DNA from: Octopus bimaculoides
Taxonomy: Eukaryota
Assembly: GCF_001194135.2 (NCBI RefSeq)
Contig: NC_068985.1
Location: 40,163,235-40,227,234 of the forward strand
Direction of reading: 5' to 3'
Length of the DNA stretch: 64,000 nt
The position numbers were made by a program, and so were the translations under genes. Positions 1-12,489 of the stretch are shown piece after piece; within the stretch, counting starts at the first letter, position 1, and each line of letters opens with the position of its first letter. The notes below the pieces were generated by a model that was not told the origin of the DNA, made no database searches, and saw only the letters and a program-made list of their open reading frames with translations.

Positions 1-259
1 CACACATATGATGCGGAATATGAACGTAAATAAATTAATTAAAAAGTCTCTATCTGATCTGATATAAACGAAATTGTTACAAACACACATATGGACGCAC
101 ATACTTACATGTAAGCACGAACACATAAGTGCGTGCACACATATGAGCGTGCACACATACGAGCTTGCACACACTCACATGCTCATACCAAACAGTTTCG
201 AAACAACGCCAAAACAACGCCAGATCATATATTCAAAATAAATGGAAGTGGAGAGACAA

Positions 260-300
260 GTTACTGAAGAGATTGCAAGAGTGCAATGAAATAATTTAAC
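260..300 (+). ncRNA. Minimal type I hammerhead ribozyme-like motif (Penelope-like element type)
   Basis: Stem I GTTA(260-263)/TAAC(297-300); core CTGAAGA 264-270; extra G271; stem II ATTGCA-agag-TGCAAT 272-287; GAAA 288-291; near-palindromic stem III ATAAT, then H17=T296. Confidence 0.6.
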
Positions 301-1218
301 AAAAAACTATATAAATTAATAAAGGACTGAACCAGTGCGTGTGTTTATTACCGGCATAATGCCTCTCCCAAGGTTTAATTGTATCTAATTTTGACCGTTG
401 TTTTTATTGATATTACAAGTATGCAATATGATATGCTATAATCATCCAATATGTAACCCCTGCTTTTTCATTTTTAAGGTGGTAAAATGTGACTAACAGG
501 AAATTTGATTGCTGTTTCTGGTAGGTCAAGTAATCATGTAGAAACCTTCTTTTATTGTTTGCTGACTGTGTAGGACTCCCTCATTGGCTCGGCAGAATGT
601 TAATTTTTTTTTTTTTACCCTTGGCATATGGCCATAATATTTATTATAGGGGAGTGGATATATAAAGTTAATAGAATTGACTCTGGTACCTTACTGATAT
701 TTCTTTATATTAACCCTGGCAAAATGAGAAACAAAGCAAACTCCAGTGATATATAATTTAAGATTGGAAATAATATTTATTTATTATCAGAGAATTACAT
801 TGTTTAGGTACACAGGAGAATAAGTCTTCAGGTACTGATTCTAGGTAATAATGTACGGGAGAGATTTCCAGTTACCTTCTATAGGGTCACAGGAATACAG
901 CTGAACTCAGTGCTACACTTGTTGATTTCACAGAGCTGTCATTGCTTAAAATGGGCAGTCATCCCAGTTCTGAGGTACCTATTTACAAATAGGTGGATTG
1001 GCCTATCCATGAGTTAACTAAGTGTACAAGTTCTTTCTCCCATAAACAAATTCATACACACATATACAAGCAGGCAGGTATACACATACATGGAAACATA
1101 CAAATAGAGCAGTTAGCCACAAAATCAGCAATTGACAGAATTGGTGGGAGTAGAGATGATACTGAAGAGAAACATGGATGAACAATAGAAAGACCAATAT
1201 CCACATTTACAAACTTAC

Positions 1219-1229
1219 CAGATATCATT
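1219..1229 (-). CDS. Candidate 11-nt microexon (AATGATATCTG) of an unidentified minus-strand gene
   Basis: On the minus strand: about 40 nt of pure pyrimidines ending ctag, then 11 nt, then gtaagt. Splice signals only, no partner exon identified. Confidence 0.25.
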
Positions 1230-1707
1230 CTAGAAAGAGAAAAGAAAAAGGAAGAAAGGAAAGAAAAAAAGACTAGGGAAGAAGAAAGGGGTAAGGCTTG
1301 TAAATGATAGCTCTTCTCTTGTATACACTTTGCCTATTGTCCAGATATTTCCAGTCTGGAGAACTGACCATACATCAGGGAAACCTAGTGTAACAAGCTG
1401 CGGGATCAGCCTAAATAAACTAGTTCACACTGTTTTGACACTGAATACATTTTTGCCTGTTCCTTTACACTCTCTTCTATAATGGAAGTGCGTGTGAGTG
1501 TATAATTGCTCAGAGTAGAGTGAGAGATATGGATATGCACAATGCAATATTGTTTACCTCTTTACATAATGTAAAATCACTACATAATCTGTGCGCATAT
1601 ATGTATGCATGCATGTTTGTGTATATCACCATTTTACATCTATTTCCAAAGCTAGCATGGGTTTTAAACAAATACACATAGTACATGTACTAACATATAA
1701 ATAAATA

Positions 1708-1710
<3 letters not shown>

Positions 1711-1773
<63 letters not shown>

Positions 1774-1790
1774 TGTGTGTGTGTGTGTGT
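1711..1790. repeat. (AT)n followed by (GT)n microsatellite
   Basis: Read directly; one of dozens of (AT)n, (CA)n and (GA)n tracts in the window. Confidence 0.95.
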
Positions 1791-2069
1791 TTGTATGTTT
1801 TGTATATGTATTAAACACACACACACACACACACAATCAATAGTGCTCAAATGAAAGATAAGATACATAAATAAAATAAAGATGTTACTGTTAACCAGCA
1901 TATAAAAGCATTTCTATCCTGAAATGAATTAATTCTCTTTACTCTTGTCATCATTGATGTCATCATTTAATCATCATCATCATAATTGTTATCACCACCA
2001 CTAACGCCAATGCCTTTATTACCAATTACTATTCCTCTATTTCCCTACCCCATCCCTATCAGTACTTCA

Positions 2070-2162
2070 TCACTCCATACACCACCACCACCACCATCAC
2101 CGTCATCATCACCATCACCATCATCACCACCACCACCACCACCACCAATCATCATCATCACA
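2070..2162. repeat. (CCA/TCA)n trinucleotide repeat
   Basis: Run of accacc/atcatc units; explains the poly-Pro/Ser ORF 1986-2327. Confidence 0.9.
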
Positions 2163-2878
2163 ACTGATATTAGCACCTCTGCTTGCTGTCATTATCAACA
2201 TCACCGCCTTGTATCCCTATCACATTCCCTACGCCAGAATCAACACAAGTTCTCTGATTACATCACTGGTACCTCCGTCATCATCATCATCATAAACAAA
2301 TCTTTGTTACCACCATCATTACTATAAGAACTAATACAATGGTCATTATCAAAATGAGTAGAATTCGTAGTCATCAACAAGAGCAACAAAAACAACTGTG
2401 CCACTATGACTACTACCATTATTATCACAACCACCACAATCCAGGCATGTTTCTTATAAGCAATTAGCAGTTAGTAGACAGATCCATTTCAAGTATTACT
2501 TACTGAATGCACAAACACCTGCAGATTTAGTTTCCCTGTCTAATCTGCCATGTAAATGAAATTTTCAGTCTTAAAAATTTCAAAATGTAAACTTAAGAAA
2601 CAAAATAGTCCATTTCTTATCTTTAAAAACTTCTATTTAAAATTTTGTCATGATAAGGAACATAGGCTATAAATACAATTATATATATGGAGAATGGAGT
2701 GTATATATATATATGTATATAATTTATATAAGGGCATTATAAATTATAAATTAAATTATATTATATATATTATATATATTTATGGAAAAAAACGATGGGT
2801 TTTTTTTCCTTATGAGGTTTTTTCACGCTGACTACTTGATAAATTCTTATAAAGATTTTATCCTAATATTATATTATA

Positions 2879-2912
<34 letters not shown>

Positions 2913-3017
2913 CATGTATATACACACACATTATATAGCATATATGAATATCATTATCCATATATATATATATATATATATTATATAAATACACACACAT
3001 ATTATATAGCATATATA

Positions 3018-3114
3018 CAGGGTACAGCAAAATGACCCGACATATTTGTAGGTTTAATAAAAGCAAAATAGGGTAAAGAACAAAAATTGTGTCAGATCAT
3101 TTTGCTGCACCATA
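3018..3114. mobile_element. 97-bp Tc1/mariner-type MITE
   Basis: 25-bp TIRs cagggtacagcaaaatgacccgaca (3018-3042) and tgtcagatcattttgctgcaccata (3090-3114), 20/25 match; TA on the left flank, TG on the right. Confidence 0.55.
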
Positions 3115-3214
3115 TGTGTGCATGCATTGAAGGTTGAAAAGAAACACGAGTTGATATATATATGGAAAAAAAGTCAAGGTAGAAAATGCTAAAATAATTT
3201 TATAAAAAACATTT

Positions 3215-3250
3215 CAGTACCAGTTTCAGTCATTGAAACTTTTTCAACTG
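3215..3250 (-). ncRNA. Variant hammerhead-like motif (U3-A8 core), left arm
   Basis: Minus strand reads CAG-TTGAAAA-AGTT-tcaat-GACT-GAA-ACTGGT-A-CTG: stem I CAG/CTG, stem II 4 bp with one G-U, decayed ACCGGT palindrome. Confidence 0.45.
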
Positions 3251-3399
3251 TAAGTATGGAAAACAATTAAATTTTGGAAAAATTAAATGAAAAGTTTTTT
3301 TAAAAGAATATTTGCATAGTATTCAAATACAAGGGGCATTTCCCTTGTTTCTGCCTGTCTCTGTCTCTCTTGTGGGTTCCAGGTCGTTGTTGTGCTTGC

Positions 3400-3530
3400 T
3401 CAAGTGATAGGCCTTCTCCATGGTAATCTTCTCCAGTACTATGTATCACCAATCAACACATACCTTTCTTTGTCAGATGCAACATTTTGAGAACAGTTTT
3501 TACTAAATTGTCTCAATTTTTCTCAGTCTC
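3400..3530 (-). mobile_element. RTE-LINE C-terminal remnant in the spacer of the inverted repeat
   Basis: Minus-strand peptide LVKTVLKMLHLTKK...W*YIVLEK resembles the RTE C-termini at 38.1 kb and 54.8 kb. Confidence 0.35.
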
Positions 3531-3638
3531 CTTAGGCAGAAACAAGGGAAATGCCCCTTGTATTTGAATACTATGCAGATATTCTTTTAAAAAACTTTTC
3601 ATTTAATTTTTCCGAAATTTAATTGTTTTCCATACTTA

Positions 3639-3674
3639 CAGTTGAAAAAGTCTCAATGACCGAAACCAGTATTG
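3639..3674 (+). ncRNA. Variant hammerhead-like motif (U3-A8 core), right arm
   Basis: CAG-TTGAAAA-AGTC-tcaat-GACC-GAA-ACCAGT-A-TTG; mirror of 3215-3250. Confidence 0.45.
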
Positions 3675-3889
3675 AAATGTTTTTTATAAAATTATTTTAG
3701 CATTTTCTATCTTGACCATCCAATAATTTTTGTTTTACAGATGCAGTTTTTCAAAGAACATATTATCTAGTCTCCTTTAAAAAAAAAAAAATGGTCATGT
3801 GTGTGTGGATTGGAGAAAATTTGGCTATCATTTGTAACTGGTCAGAGTGGCAACATACACATCCTACATTGACTAAATAGTGTGTGTTT

Positions 3890-3952
<63 letters not shown>

Positions 3953-4409
3953 GGAGAGAGAAATGGGTGTCTCATTACAGTGAACAGTATTGTAAGCTGT
4001 ATATAGTTAGCAAAACAATGAAGAAAGAAAAAATAAAAGCCATGTTAACCTAAACATGCAATTGAGAGATATCACCTTCCTTTATATAGTTCTAAAAAGT
4101 TTAAATTAAGATATATAAGGCTAGTACATGTGTTAGAGAGAGAGAGAGAACTTAAGAGAAAAGGAGTAAATACATGATAATGTTATAATAATGAGTCAGC
4201 AGAGCATTGAACAGCAAAACAGAAACTTCCTCATATAAATGGAAACAGTCATTTCAATGTCACAGTTTAGCTACCATCTTAACAAAAAGGATGAAAAATT
4301 GTTATAAATCGTGTGGGAAATATATTCTTCTCTGCCAGAACTTTATTTTTATCTTTTATCAGAAAAGAAAAAAAGACTGGAAAAGGGAACAATCTTAGTT
4401 TCATGCTGT

Positions 4410-4790
4410 CTTTTATCTTTTTAATCTTTTACTTGCTTTAATCATTGGACTGTGGTGATGCTGGAGCAATTACCTTGAAGGGTTTAGTTGAAAAAATTGA
4501 CACCAGTACTTATTTTTAAAGTCTGGTACTGAGTCTATCAGTCTCTTTTCCTGAACCACTATGTTATGAGGACGTAAACAAACCAACACCAGTAGTAGTC
4601 AAGCTCTCTGTGTGTGTGAGGAGCAAACACAAAGAAACACATACATACAAACATGCACACGCACACACGGTTTCTGCCTACCAAAATAACTCACATTGGT
4701 TAACCTGGAGCTATAGTAAAAGACATTTGCCCAAGGTGTAGCACAATGAGACTGGACAAGAAATCACATGGTTGCAAAGTGTGTTTCATA
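4410..4790 (-). mobile_element. tRNA-derived SINE, family A (degenerate)
   Basis: Reverse-complement similarity along its length to the copy at 59926-60342. Confidence 0.8.
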
Positions 4791-5766
4791 ACAGAAATTG
4801 ATTTCTTCCCAGTAATGGTGATCATAATGTTGTTATGACTGTTGTAGTTTAACTTTAGGTCAACCCTGACCAAGCAGACTTGTAAATCAAAAATATTCTG
4901 GCCATGACCATCCATCTTCTTTAGGAAATGTTGGACTGACTACATACTTTGATTATGTTTTTTCTAATTAAAGATAGGATGTTGATGGTGTGCTTTGTAA
5001 AAGATTTGGCTGATACTTTTTGCAGATTGAGTTATTATGTATGCTCCTTCCTTGATTCCCAATCAAAATGTTTTATTAATGTTGATGATCACCAAATTAT
5101 TTAGCATCTAAACAATTAAATGTATAATCTTGTACACATACTAAGCAGTTCATTCAGCACCATTTCAGCAAGTACAAAGGCTATGTTGCAATGATTAGGC
5201 CCAACCTGTCTAAAATTTTCTTTGGTATTTACAAGAAAATGAAAACAATATTCATCATTGACTTTTATCAGCTTCATCCCTCACCATATATTTATTTCTA
5301 GTTAATCTTTTAATGCTCCATACATTGAATATATAACAATAACTTACATATTATTTTATGTTTATCTAGGAGAGTTTCCTTTGGAAGCAGAGAAAAATTT
5401 TCATAGTGTTCAACTCGTTAAAAATCTATGTAAAACATTCATCTTTCTTAAGCAAGACTATTGAGATTAAAATCACTTCTGCTGGCTGCATGAGTCTTAA
5501 GTATTAACTCCTGCAACAGCCACTTATATTGTGTCCCAGTTCAACTAAGAGCTTCTACTCCTTGTGACAAGTACGAAAAGACACATATTCAGTAATAAAA
5601 TCAGTTCCCCCATTAATACACAAATATTCAAATTCAATAGAAAATGAATAAAATATAATGAAAGAACAACAACAAAATACAACAATGTTTATAAAACAAA
5701 GACATTGTTCTAAAATAGTGTTTATAAAAACTTTTATAAAAGTATAGCAGAGACTCCAGCAAATAA

Positions 5767-5802
5767 GATCTGAAGAAGGAATTGTAATTCCGAAATATCA
5801 TC
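5767..5802 (+). ncRNA. Minimal type I hammerhead ribozyme-like motif (Penelope-like element type)
   Basis: Stem I GAT(5767-5769)/ATC(5800-5802); core CTGAAGA 5770-5776; extra A5777; stem II GGAAT-tgta-ATTCC 5778-5791; GAAA 5792-5795; palindromic stem III ATAT; C17=5799 (AUC site). Confidence 0.65.
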
Positions 5803-7640
5803 GGATAACCAAGTTACAACAGGTATATAGTCCATTTTTTGTTCTATAGTGCATTGTTATACCATTCTAAACTTTTTATTTTTTATAAAAATGTTTTCCA
5901 CACATAATACCACTTCATGTTATGAATTTTGATGGTTATTGATTTTCTTCTTACCAAATATAAATGAAATATGGGCACTAAAATATTTGTTGATGGCTGA
6001 AGTGATTTTTCAGCATTTTTAAGAAATGAAAATATATGATATTGAGTTGGAGAACCTACCATTAAAATTATCACCCAAAATACCAACTACATGATTCTAA
6101 GAATTACTATTCCTTAAGGAATAGTAATTCTTTCTTGTCAGTCATATACTTTAGTGAAACTCAATGCTGCTTTGAAAGCCACTTCTTATTCTTTTATTCT
6201 TTCTCTATTTCTTGCTCATACATCAAACTATTTTTGTAAGGTAAGAAGTACAGACAACTAAACTGGTATACCTAGTATATCACTGGTAGTTATTTTATCA
6301 TTTGTATAGTTATTGAAACATAGCATGTCCAAGTTATATGTGAACAAAAATTGCAAATGAATGAAACTAAATACTGTAGTTAACTCTAGAATTAACAATA
6401 GATCTAAGTACAAGCCAATGAAGGAATCTCTACACTTTAAGTTTCCACTTATTCAAGATGTATGTAGAAGTCATAAAGCTATCATTGTTAATTAGCTCCA
6501 GGTTAGCTGACTGAGCAAAACTACAATCAAAAGCATTTATTCTAACAGTGTATCTATGATTACATTATCTAATGTTCTCTTCTAATGTGATTTAAGACAG
6601 ATTTAGCTACTATTGTAAAAAATAAACACAAAGCTAAGACTAGGCAAGAGTCAGACTTCCCCCAAAGAAAAGATAAAAATTCATTTTATACATTCATTTT
6701 AATAAGTTCTTAGATAACTGTCCATTGATTGCACATGGACTACTTCAATAATGTTAAATGTAGACTAGTTCATGTTGGTGAAAGTGAGAAGACAACATGC
6801 CTATTTCTGCTGGTTTATAAACTCTTCAACAAGAATACTAGGTTCTTAACAATAAATAGCAGTCAACCTCTTCCTAAAATTAATGGCCTTGTGCCAAAAT
6901 TTGAGACCATTATTAGTAGTGAATCAAGAATAGGTTTTGAGATTTGCCTGTGCTACATTACAGGTCATAACATCTGATAATTCTCCTTGAGAATTTAACT
7001 ACAGTTAGGCTCATAGGGATAAAAAATAAAATAAAAATTTAAACCAGTTTTCTCTTACAATCTTTTAAAATTTATTTATTACAGAAACATGCAGAAAACA
7101 TTGCAAGTGAGAGAGGTCTTGACTATCTCAATGAATTAATGGCAAATATCTAAAAATGGATGAATCTAAAATAACAAAAACATGTAGGCAGAAGAATGAG
7201 TAATTCTTCTATCCAACTTAGAATTGTATACCAGAAAGAAGTTATGAATATAACTATTTTCCTATCCTCTTAACTACAATAGCGCACACAGGGTGAATGA
7301 AGATATGTAAAGAATGCATACAAAAGACTTTGTTTTGCCATGGTAGCCACATAGGTAAAGGTAATTAATACTATTGCTGCACTGTGTTATCAATTTACAA
7401 AGTTAAAAATACAGGGAAAAAACTTACATACAGATCTTGAGTAGATATATTAAAAAAAACCTTACACACAGAGTTATAACTTCAGATTCAACCATAAAAT
7501 ACTACTGTACAAACACAGTTTAAAGAATCACTATCAAACCACAGAAGAATCCTGTAAATCTGTGGATGGAAAATATTGATGATTTTCAGAAAATATGTAT
7601 GGAAAGTGGGTTTCTAACACCTTTCATTCAGTTTTTGGAG

Positions 7641-8225
7641 TTTTTTTTTTTTTTTAAGTTGTGAGTCTGAAGGAAAGGACAGTGCCCATGACTTTCACAG
7701 GCCTCCCCAAACTAGTAAGCTTTATGTTTAAAACTGTTGCAGATCAACACTTGCAGAAATTGATAGGGGGAAGATTCCAGAGGACTGATGTCATGAGAAG
7801 GAAGGACTGGGCGGTGATTAGTGCAGGGCTAGAGGAGTTGGTGATAAGAGGTGGAAAGAGGATTGCATATGGAGAGAGACAAGCTAATTCTAAGGAATGG
7901 AGGCCATGATAGTGATACTAAAGACAAAGAGAGGAGACAGCATACCTGTGGGTCATGTCTGTTATTGATTTAATGCCAACCAGCCAAGTGACCTTTCTTT
8001 GGATGTAATCTAAGTGCAGCTTTGGTGTGTGGAGTCTAGATTGCATATAGATGATGCAGAAGTGGGGAAGACTAGGGAGGAATGACAGGTTGTATCATCT
8101 GTATAAGAGTGGGCATTGCTGGATAGATAGGCAAAAAAGGTCATTGAAGTACAGAAAAGAGAAAGCAGGGAACAAAACAATTTTGGGGCATAAAGTCAGC
8201 ATTGCAAGCTAATAAAATGCATACA
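7641..8225 (-). mobile_element. L2/CR1-group LINE 3' fragment, degenerate and internally deleted
   Basis: Minus-strand peptides FLYFNDL, SNAHSYTDDTT (RT YADD-like motif, 8088-8120), LDYIQRKVTWLVG and HRYAVSSLCL*YHYHGLHSLELA; poly(A) tail seen as T15 at 7641-7655. Confidence 0.8.
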
Positions 8226-11200
8226 TACGTTTCCTTTCACTTGTTGTAAAAGGAAGGTGGGATCACCACATATCCCACCCTAACCAAGATTTGCCCTTAT
8301 CCTCCATTCAGTCAGCATAAAATTTGTTTTATCCCTTGTAGGTTTATCATCAACTTGATCAGGCTTTGGTCAATCCTTCAAATTACCATAAAGTTTAGGC
8401 ACTCTAGAGTGGAGCCTTTTGATGAAAGACTTCCAGTTTTTTATTTGCCTCTAGTTTGGGTTCATAATCTTTTTGTATGTACCCTGATGGTTTCCTATCT
8501 TTTCCAGAGTTCCATCTTCCTGTCAGTACAAGACTGTGAGATGAAGCTGCTGTCTGTAACTTCTGGTTGGCATTGAGCTGAAAGTTAAGATCCCTTAGCC
8601 TCCTAGAGCCAAGTCTCATTGGCTCCAGGTACCAGTGGTTCTGTGAATGAAATGATTCTATTTGATTCCACCCTGGCTATTCTTGGAGCTGTGATTATGG
8701 CTTTGCAACCCCAGCAGTGATCATAGTTGTCTGCTGTTGTTTAATATTATCCATCTCCCTTTTTTGATTAGGTGGTCTGTCTTCAACAACCAGTCTGAAT
8801 AACCTCCTTCCAACCCTTCTTTTTTAAGAATCAGAGGCATATAAGTTTTTTCCTTCATGTTTCTTGCACAAGTTCTTTGGACAAGTAATCATTCACTTTT
8901 ATGAAATATCACTTCTACACTTTCTTTTGTCAAGAGTTTATACATGTCCAATAGCTCTTTCTAGTTAGTTATGCTAGTAAAAATGAATTGGTACTGGTAG
9001 TGCTTTTGCTATTGTCATTTCAATTTAAAAAAAAACCTTTTTGTGTCCCTCAAACTGTTTCTGTTTATAGCTGTGTCTACAAAATTTGCTGAGGCAGCAT
9101 GTTCACTACTACTTCCATTATGATAAACACCACTACTACAGAAGTGGCCATACGGAACCACTGATAATAATAATGAGATTAATGTATGCTCAAGTACACT
9201 ACAACTCATCAGAAAAGAGTAAAAGAGAGGACAGAAAGTAGCAATATGTCAAGTAAAGAAAGGCAGTAATGTAAGCAAGAAGTATATGCACAGTACACAG
9301 AATAAAACACAAAAAGACAGAAAAGTGAACAGTAAAAGAGGCATAAAAAAGAAAGGGTGCATAGGTACGTTAGTAGTGCTTATGAATTTCAGGAAGCATG
9401 GAACTTTTGAAGAATGCAATGTCCTGATACCTAACAACTGAGATAGATACTCTATTCCATGCTACAACAATTCTGATTATGCAAATATGTTTTTGAAAGT
9501 TATGGATGATGTGCGTTTTTTTTTGCTTTGTTTTTGTTTTTTTTTTCATTTTATAAGCATTGTCCATGGATAGTAGAGGGATATGTTTCAAAAAGGTGGC
9601 TAAAGTTGTTGGAAAGATGGTAGGTAATTTTGTGGGCTTCTACCAAGTCAACTGCTCCATGTCAAAACCTTTATGTGCCATAGACCAGAGAAGCAATACA
9701 TTCAAGATATGGTTACTAAAAGAGGGCATTTGCCTAGTTGCAACAAAGCAAAATGAATGAACAATGCAAATTTAATCAAAAAATATATATGTACACTATA
9801 AAATCCTTTTATCTTTTTACTAGTTTCAGTCACTGGACTATGGTCATGCTGGAGCACCATTTTGAGAAAATGTCAAAGAATTAAAAAATATTCCTAAGCT
9901 CTTTGTTGGTGATAAAAATGAAAACATTTTAACATCAAATAATCCTGGGAAAATCATCTAAGCAGAGCTCTGAAAGTATAGGTGTCAAAAAAAAAAAAAA
10001 AAACAATAGTAATAGGAATATTTTAAAATTTACTACAAGGCCACAAAATTGTGGTATTCTCTTGCCAAGATCACTGTACATGTTGGCTATTAAAATAATA
10101 CCATTTTTTTCTCTGACATGGGCACAAAACAGAAATTTTAGGAGCAGAGGTTTAGTTGATTTCATTAACCCTAGCACTTGACAAGTATTCATTTTATTGA
10201 CATCTATAAAGATGAAAGGCAATGTTGATCCCATCAGAATGTAAAAATCATGAAATACTGCAAAATGCCAAATAAGGATCTATTTTCTGAACTTTGAGAA
10301 CATTATTATTATGAATAATAATAGTACTGTATTTTCTGACATTCAAGTTGAATTTTTCAGATCAAAATTTACAACCAGAAAAGGTAGGTCAACTTATACA
10401 CCAAGATAACTCTGAAGGACCAAAAATCTCATGTGAAATACAACAGGATTTGGAGAGATAACAATGTTTGAGTGTTTACACTACATGTTTACACTATAAA
10501 CTAAGTCAACATTGTATGCCCCAAAATACGGCACCCATAAATATTTCGTAGGAAGGTAGTGGTTGGCAAAATCAGGTAAATCATTGAACAAAATACCTTG
10601 TAATATTTAGTTACATCTCTTTGTGTTCTGAGTTAAAATCACACTAAGCTGGACATTGCCTTTCATCCTTCTTGGATCAATAAAATCAAATCAATATCAT
10701 CAATACTAAAACTTAAATTAAAGTTGAAAATAAAAATAAATAAGAGAGAAGACAAGGTGGCAGTGTTATATCTACATTTATATTTTAATTTTTTTTCTGA
10801 TAATTCAGTTAATTCTATGGTTCAGAACAACAGTGGAGAGCTGCTACATCTGTCGGCTGAAGTATTTTGTGTAAATAACAGAGGGCCATCTGGTCAATGA
10901 AAATGTCTTCAGTTATAGCAAAGTCATAAAGACTTTTTTGATATTACAGCTATAACGAAAACTTTTTTACTGCACAAGTAAATATTGAGGGTTCTTTGTT
11001 TTCTATTTGACTATTTGCCTTGTATTGAGTCAGAGAAACTAACCCTAATTTCCTTCTTGACTACTTTCCGTTTTGCCCCAAATCCAGCTGTTTATGGGGA
11101 GTATTTCATCAAACCTTTTGTGCTTTGAAAATACTCCCACCCATACCAACACTGCTTTAGTCATAACCACTGCTATGTCATCAGACCTTAAATTTCTGAA

Positions 11201-11259
11201 CAACATACATAAACAGACTTTTTATCATCACAGCTTAAGCCTTCACTCTTTCAACAACC

Positions 11260-11260
<1 letters not shown>

Positions 11261-11320
<60 letters not shown>
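11261..11320. repeat. (AAT)20 microsatellite
   Basis: Read directly; produces the poly-Ile and poly-Leu ORFs. Confidence 0.95.
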
Positions 11321-11321
<1 letters not shown>

Positions 11322-12489
11322 CGAGATACATGATGTCAGTTTTTTTGTGAAGTACTAGCACATGTGTGGCGACGTATTTTAATCTTGCCCCAAATATACA
11401 CATACACCTTCTTATATTTTTCTTCAGGGCAACCACACAATAGAACAAGCTTCCAGTTATTTTGTTGATATTTAGAAAACACTAGTTTCTGTTGATAAGG
11501 CAAAAGGCCAGTGAAAGATGGTGCAGTTGACTAGATTTACGTAAGTAATAATACTGACCCTTTAATTTCATTCTTAAATCCAAGGAGATGCTTAAAGACA
11601 AAAATGAAATTTTCAGTAGCTCTGTGTGTCTTTACTCTGTAGATCTTCAATGTGTATATATGTGTGACTATGTGTGTACAGGAGTGGCTATATGTGTGTG
11701 CATGTCACTGAACATACATATGTAACCATATGTGCATATGCATGAGCAACTACATGTCTATCAGCATGTATATTTTCACACCATCACAAGTGTACTATGC
11801 ATGCTTACTCTCGTATGTAAGTGAGTCTATTCATATGCATGTCTTTGCATATACAGTGTATCCGTCTGCGTGGGTAGTTAAACAAGAAGAAACAAAATTT
11901 ATCACCTATCATGTCAATCTTGTCCTGTAATCAGGACTGGAGGCTCAAACAGACATGATCTGGATGTACATGGGTGGAGACAGAAAAGGGGGAGGGGTTA
12001 TCTACCACAATGGCAAATGTTAGAATAAAGTTTTCTAATACTTATTCATTGAATGCCCCATGTTGCAATGAGTTATCCCTTTTTTTTTTGCTTAGACTCC
12101 CTGGTGACACTTTTTCGCCTGCTTCTAACAACTTTACTACACTAAATCATATTTTTAGTAATTTCAGTCAGACAAAACAGAAACATAATTCACACATGCA
12201 TTTATTATATGACTTTATCCATTTTCTTCTGTTTTTCATTTGTATTGCCACTTCTTCACTGCCACCACAGTGCTGAATCTCTGTTTTACTATTCTATTTC
12301 TCTTCCTGCTTCTCATTGAAAGTTTATTTTTATTTCCAGTCATTTTATTTCTCTTCTCTCAGGTTCCCTCTCTAATGCTATGTATTCCTCTTTCTCTTTT
12401 AGCTTTTCTTTCTCACCACTTTACTCTCTCTCTCGCTCACCCTTACCTTCTGCTTGATTTTCTCTTTCTCTCTTCCTCTAGAATCAGGA

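Larger units (their letters stand above)
3173..3716. repeat. Long inverted repeat (arms 3173-3356 and 3534-3716), probably Penelope-like terminal-repeat sequence
   Basis: Arms of 184 and 183 bp differ at about 9 positions (about 95%); spacer 177 bp; each arm carries a hammerhead-like motif. Confidence 0.85.

Noticed and set aside
1986-2327. 113-aa Pro/Ser-rich ORF
   Set aside because: Generated by (CCA/TCA)n repeats.
5370-7153. Phase-compatible four-exon + strand model (5370-5429, 5748-5822, 6142-6240, 7085-7153) ending ...ERGLDYLNELMANI*
   Set aside because: No protein family recognised. Exon 2 lacks a pyrimidine tract and is better explained by the hammerhead motif it contains, and exon 3 is intron-like in composition. 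Not excluded without RNA-seq.
8300-8820. Possible upstream continuation of the 7.6-8.2 kb LINE
   Set aside because: Only faint motif hints (ETWL-like); could not be assigned.
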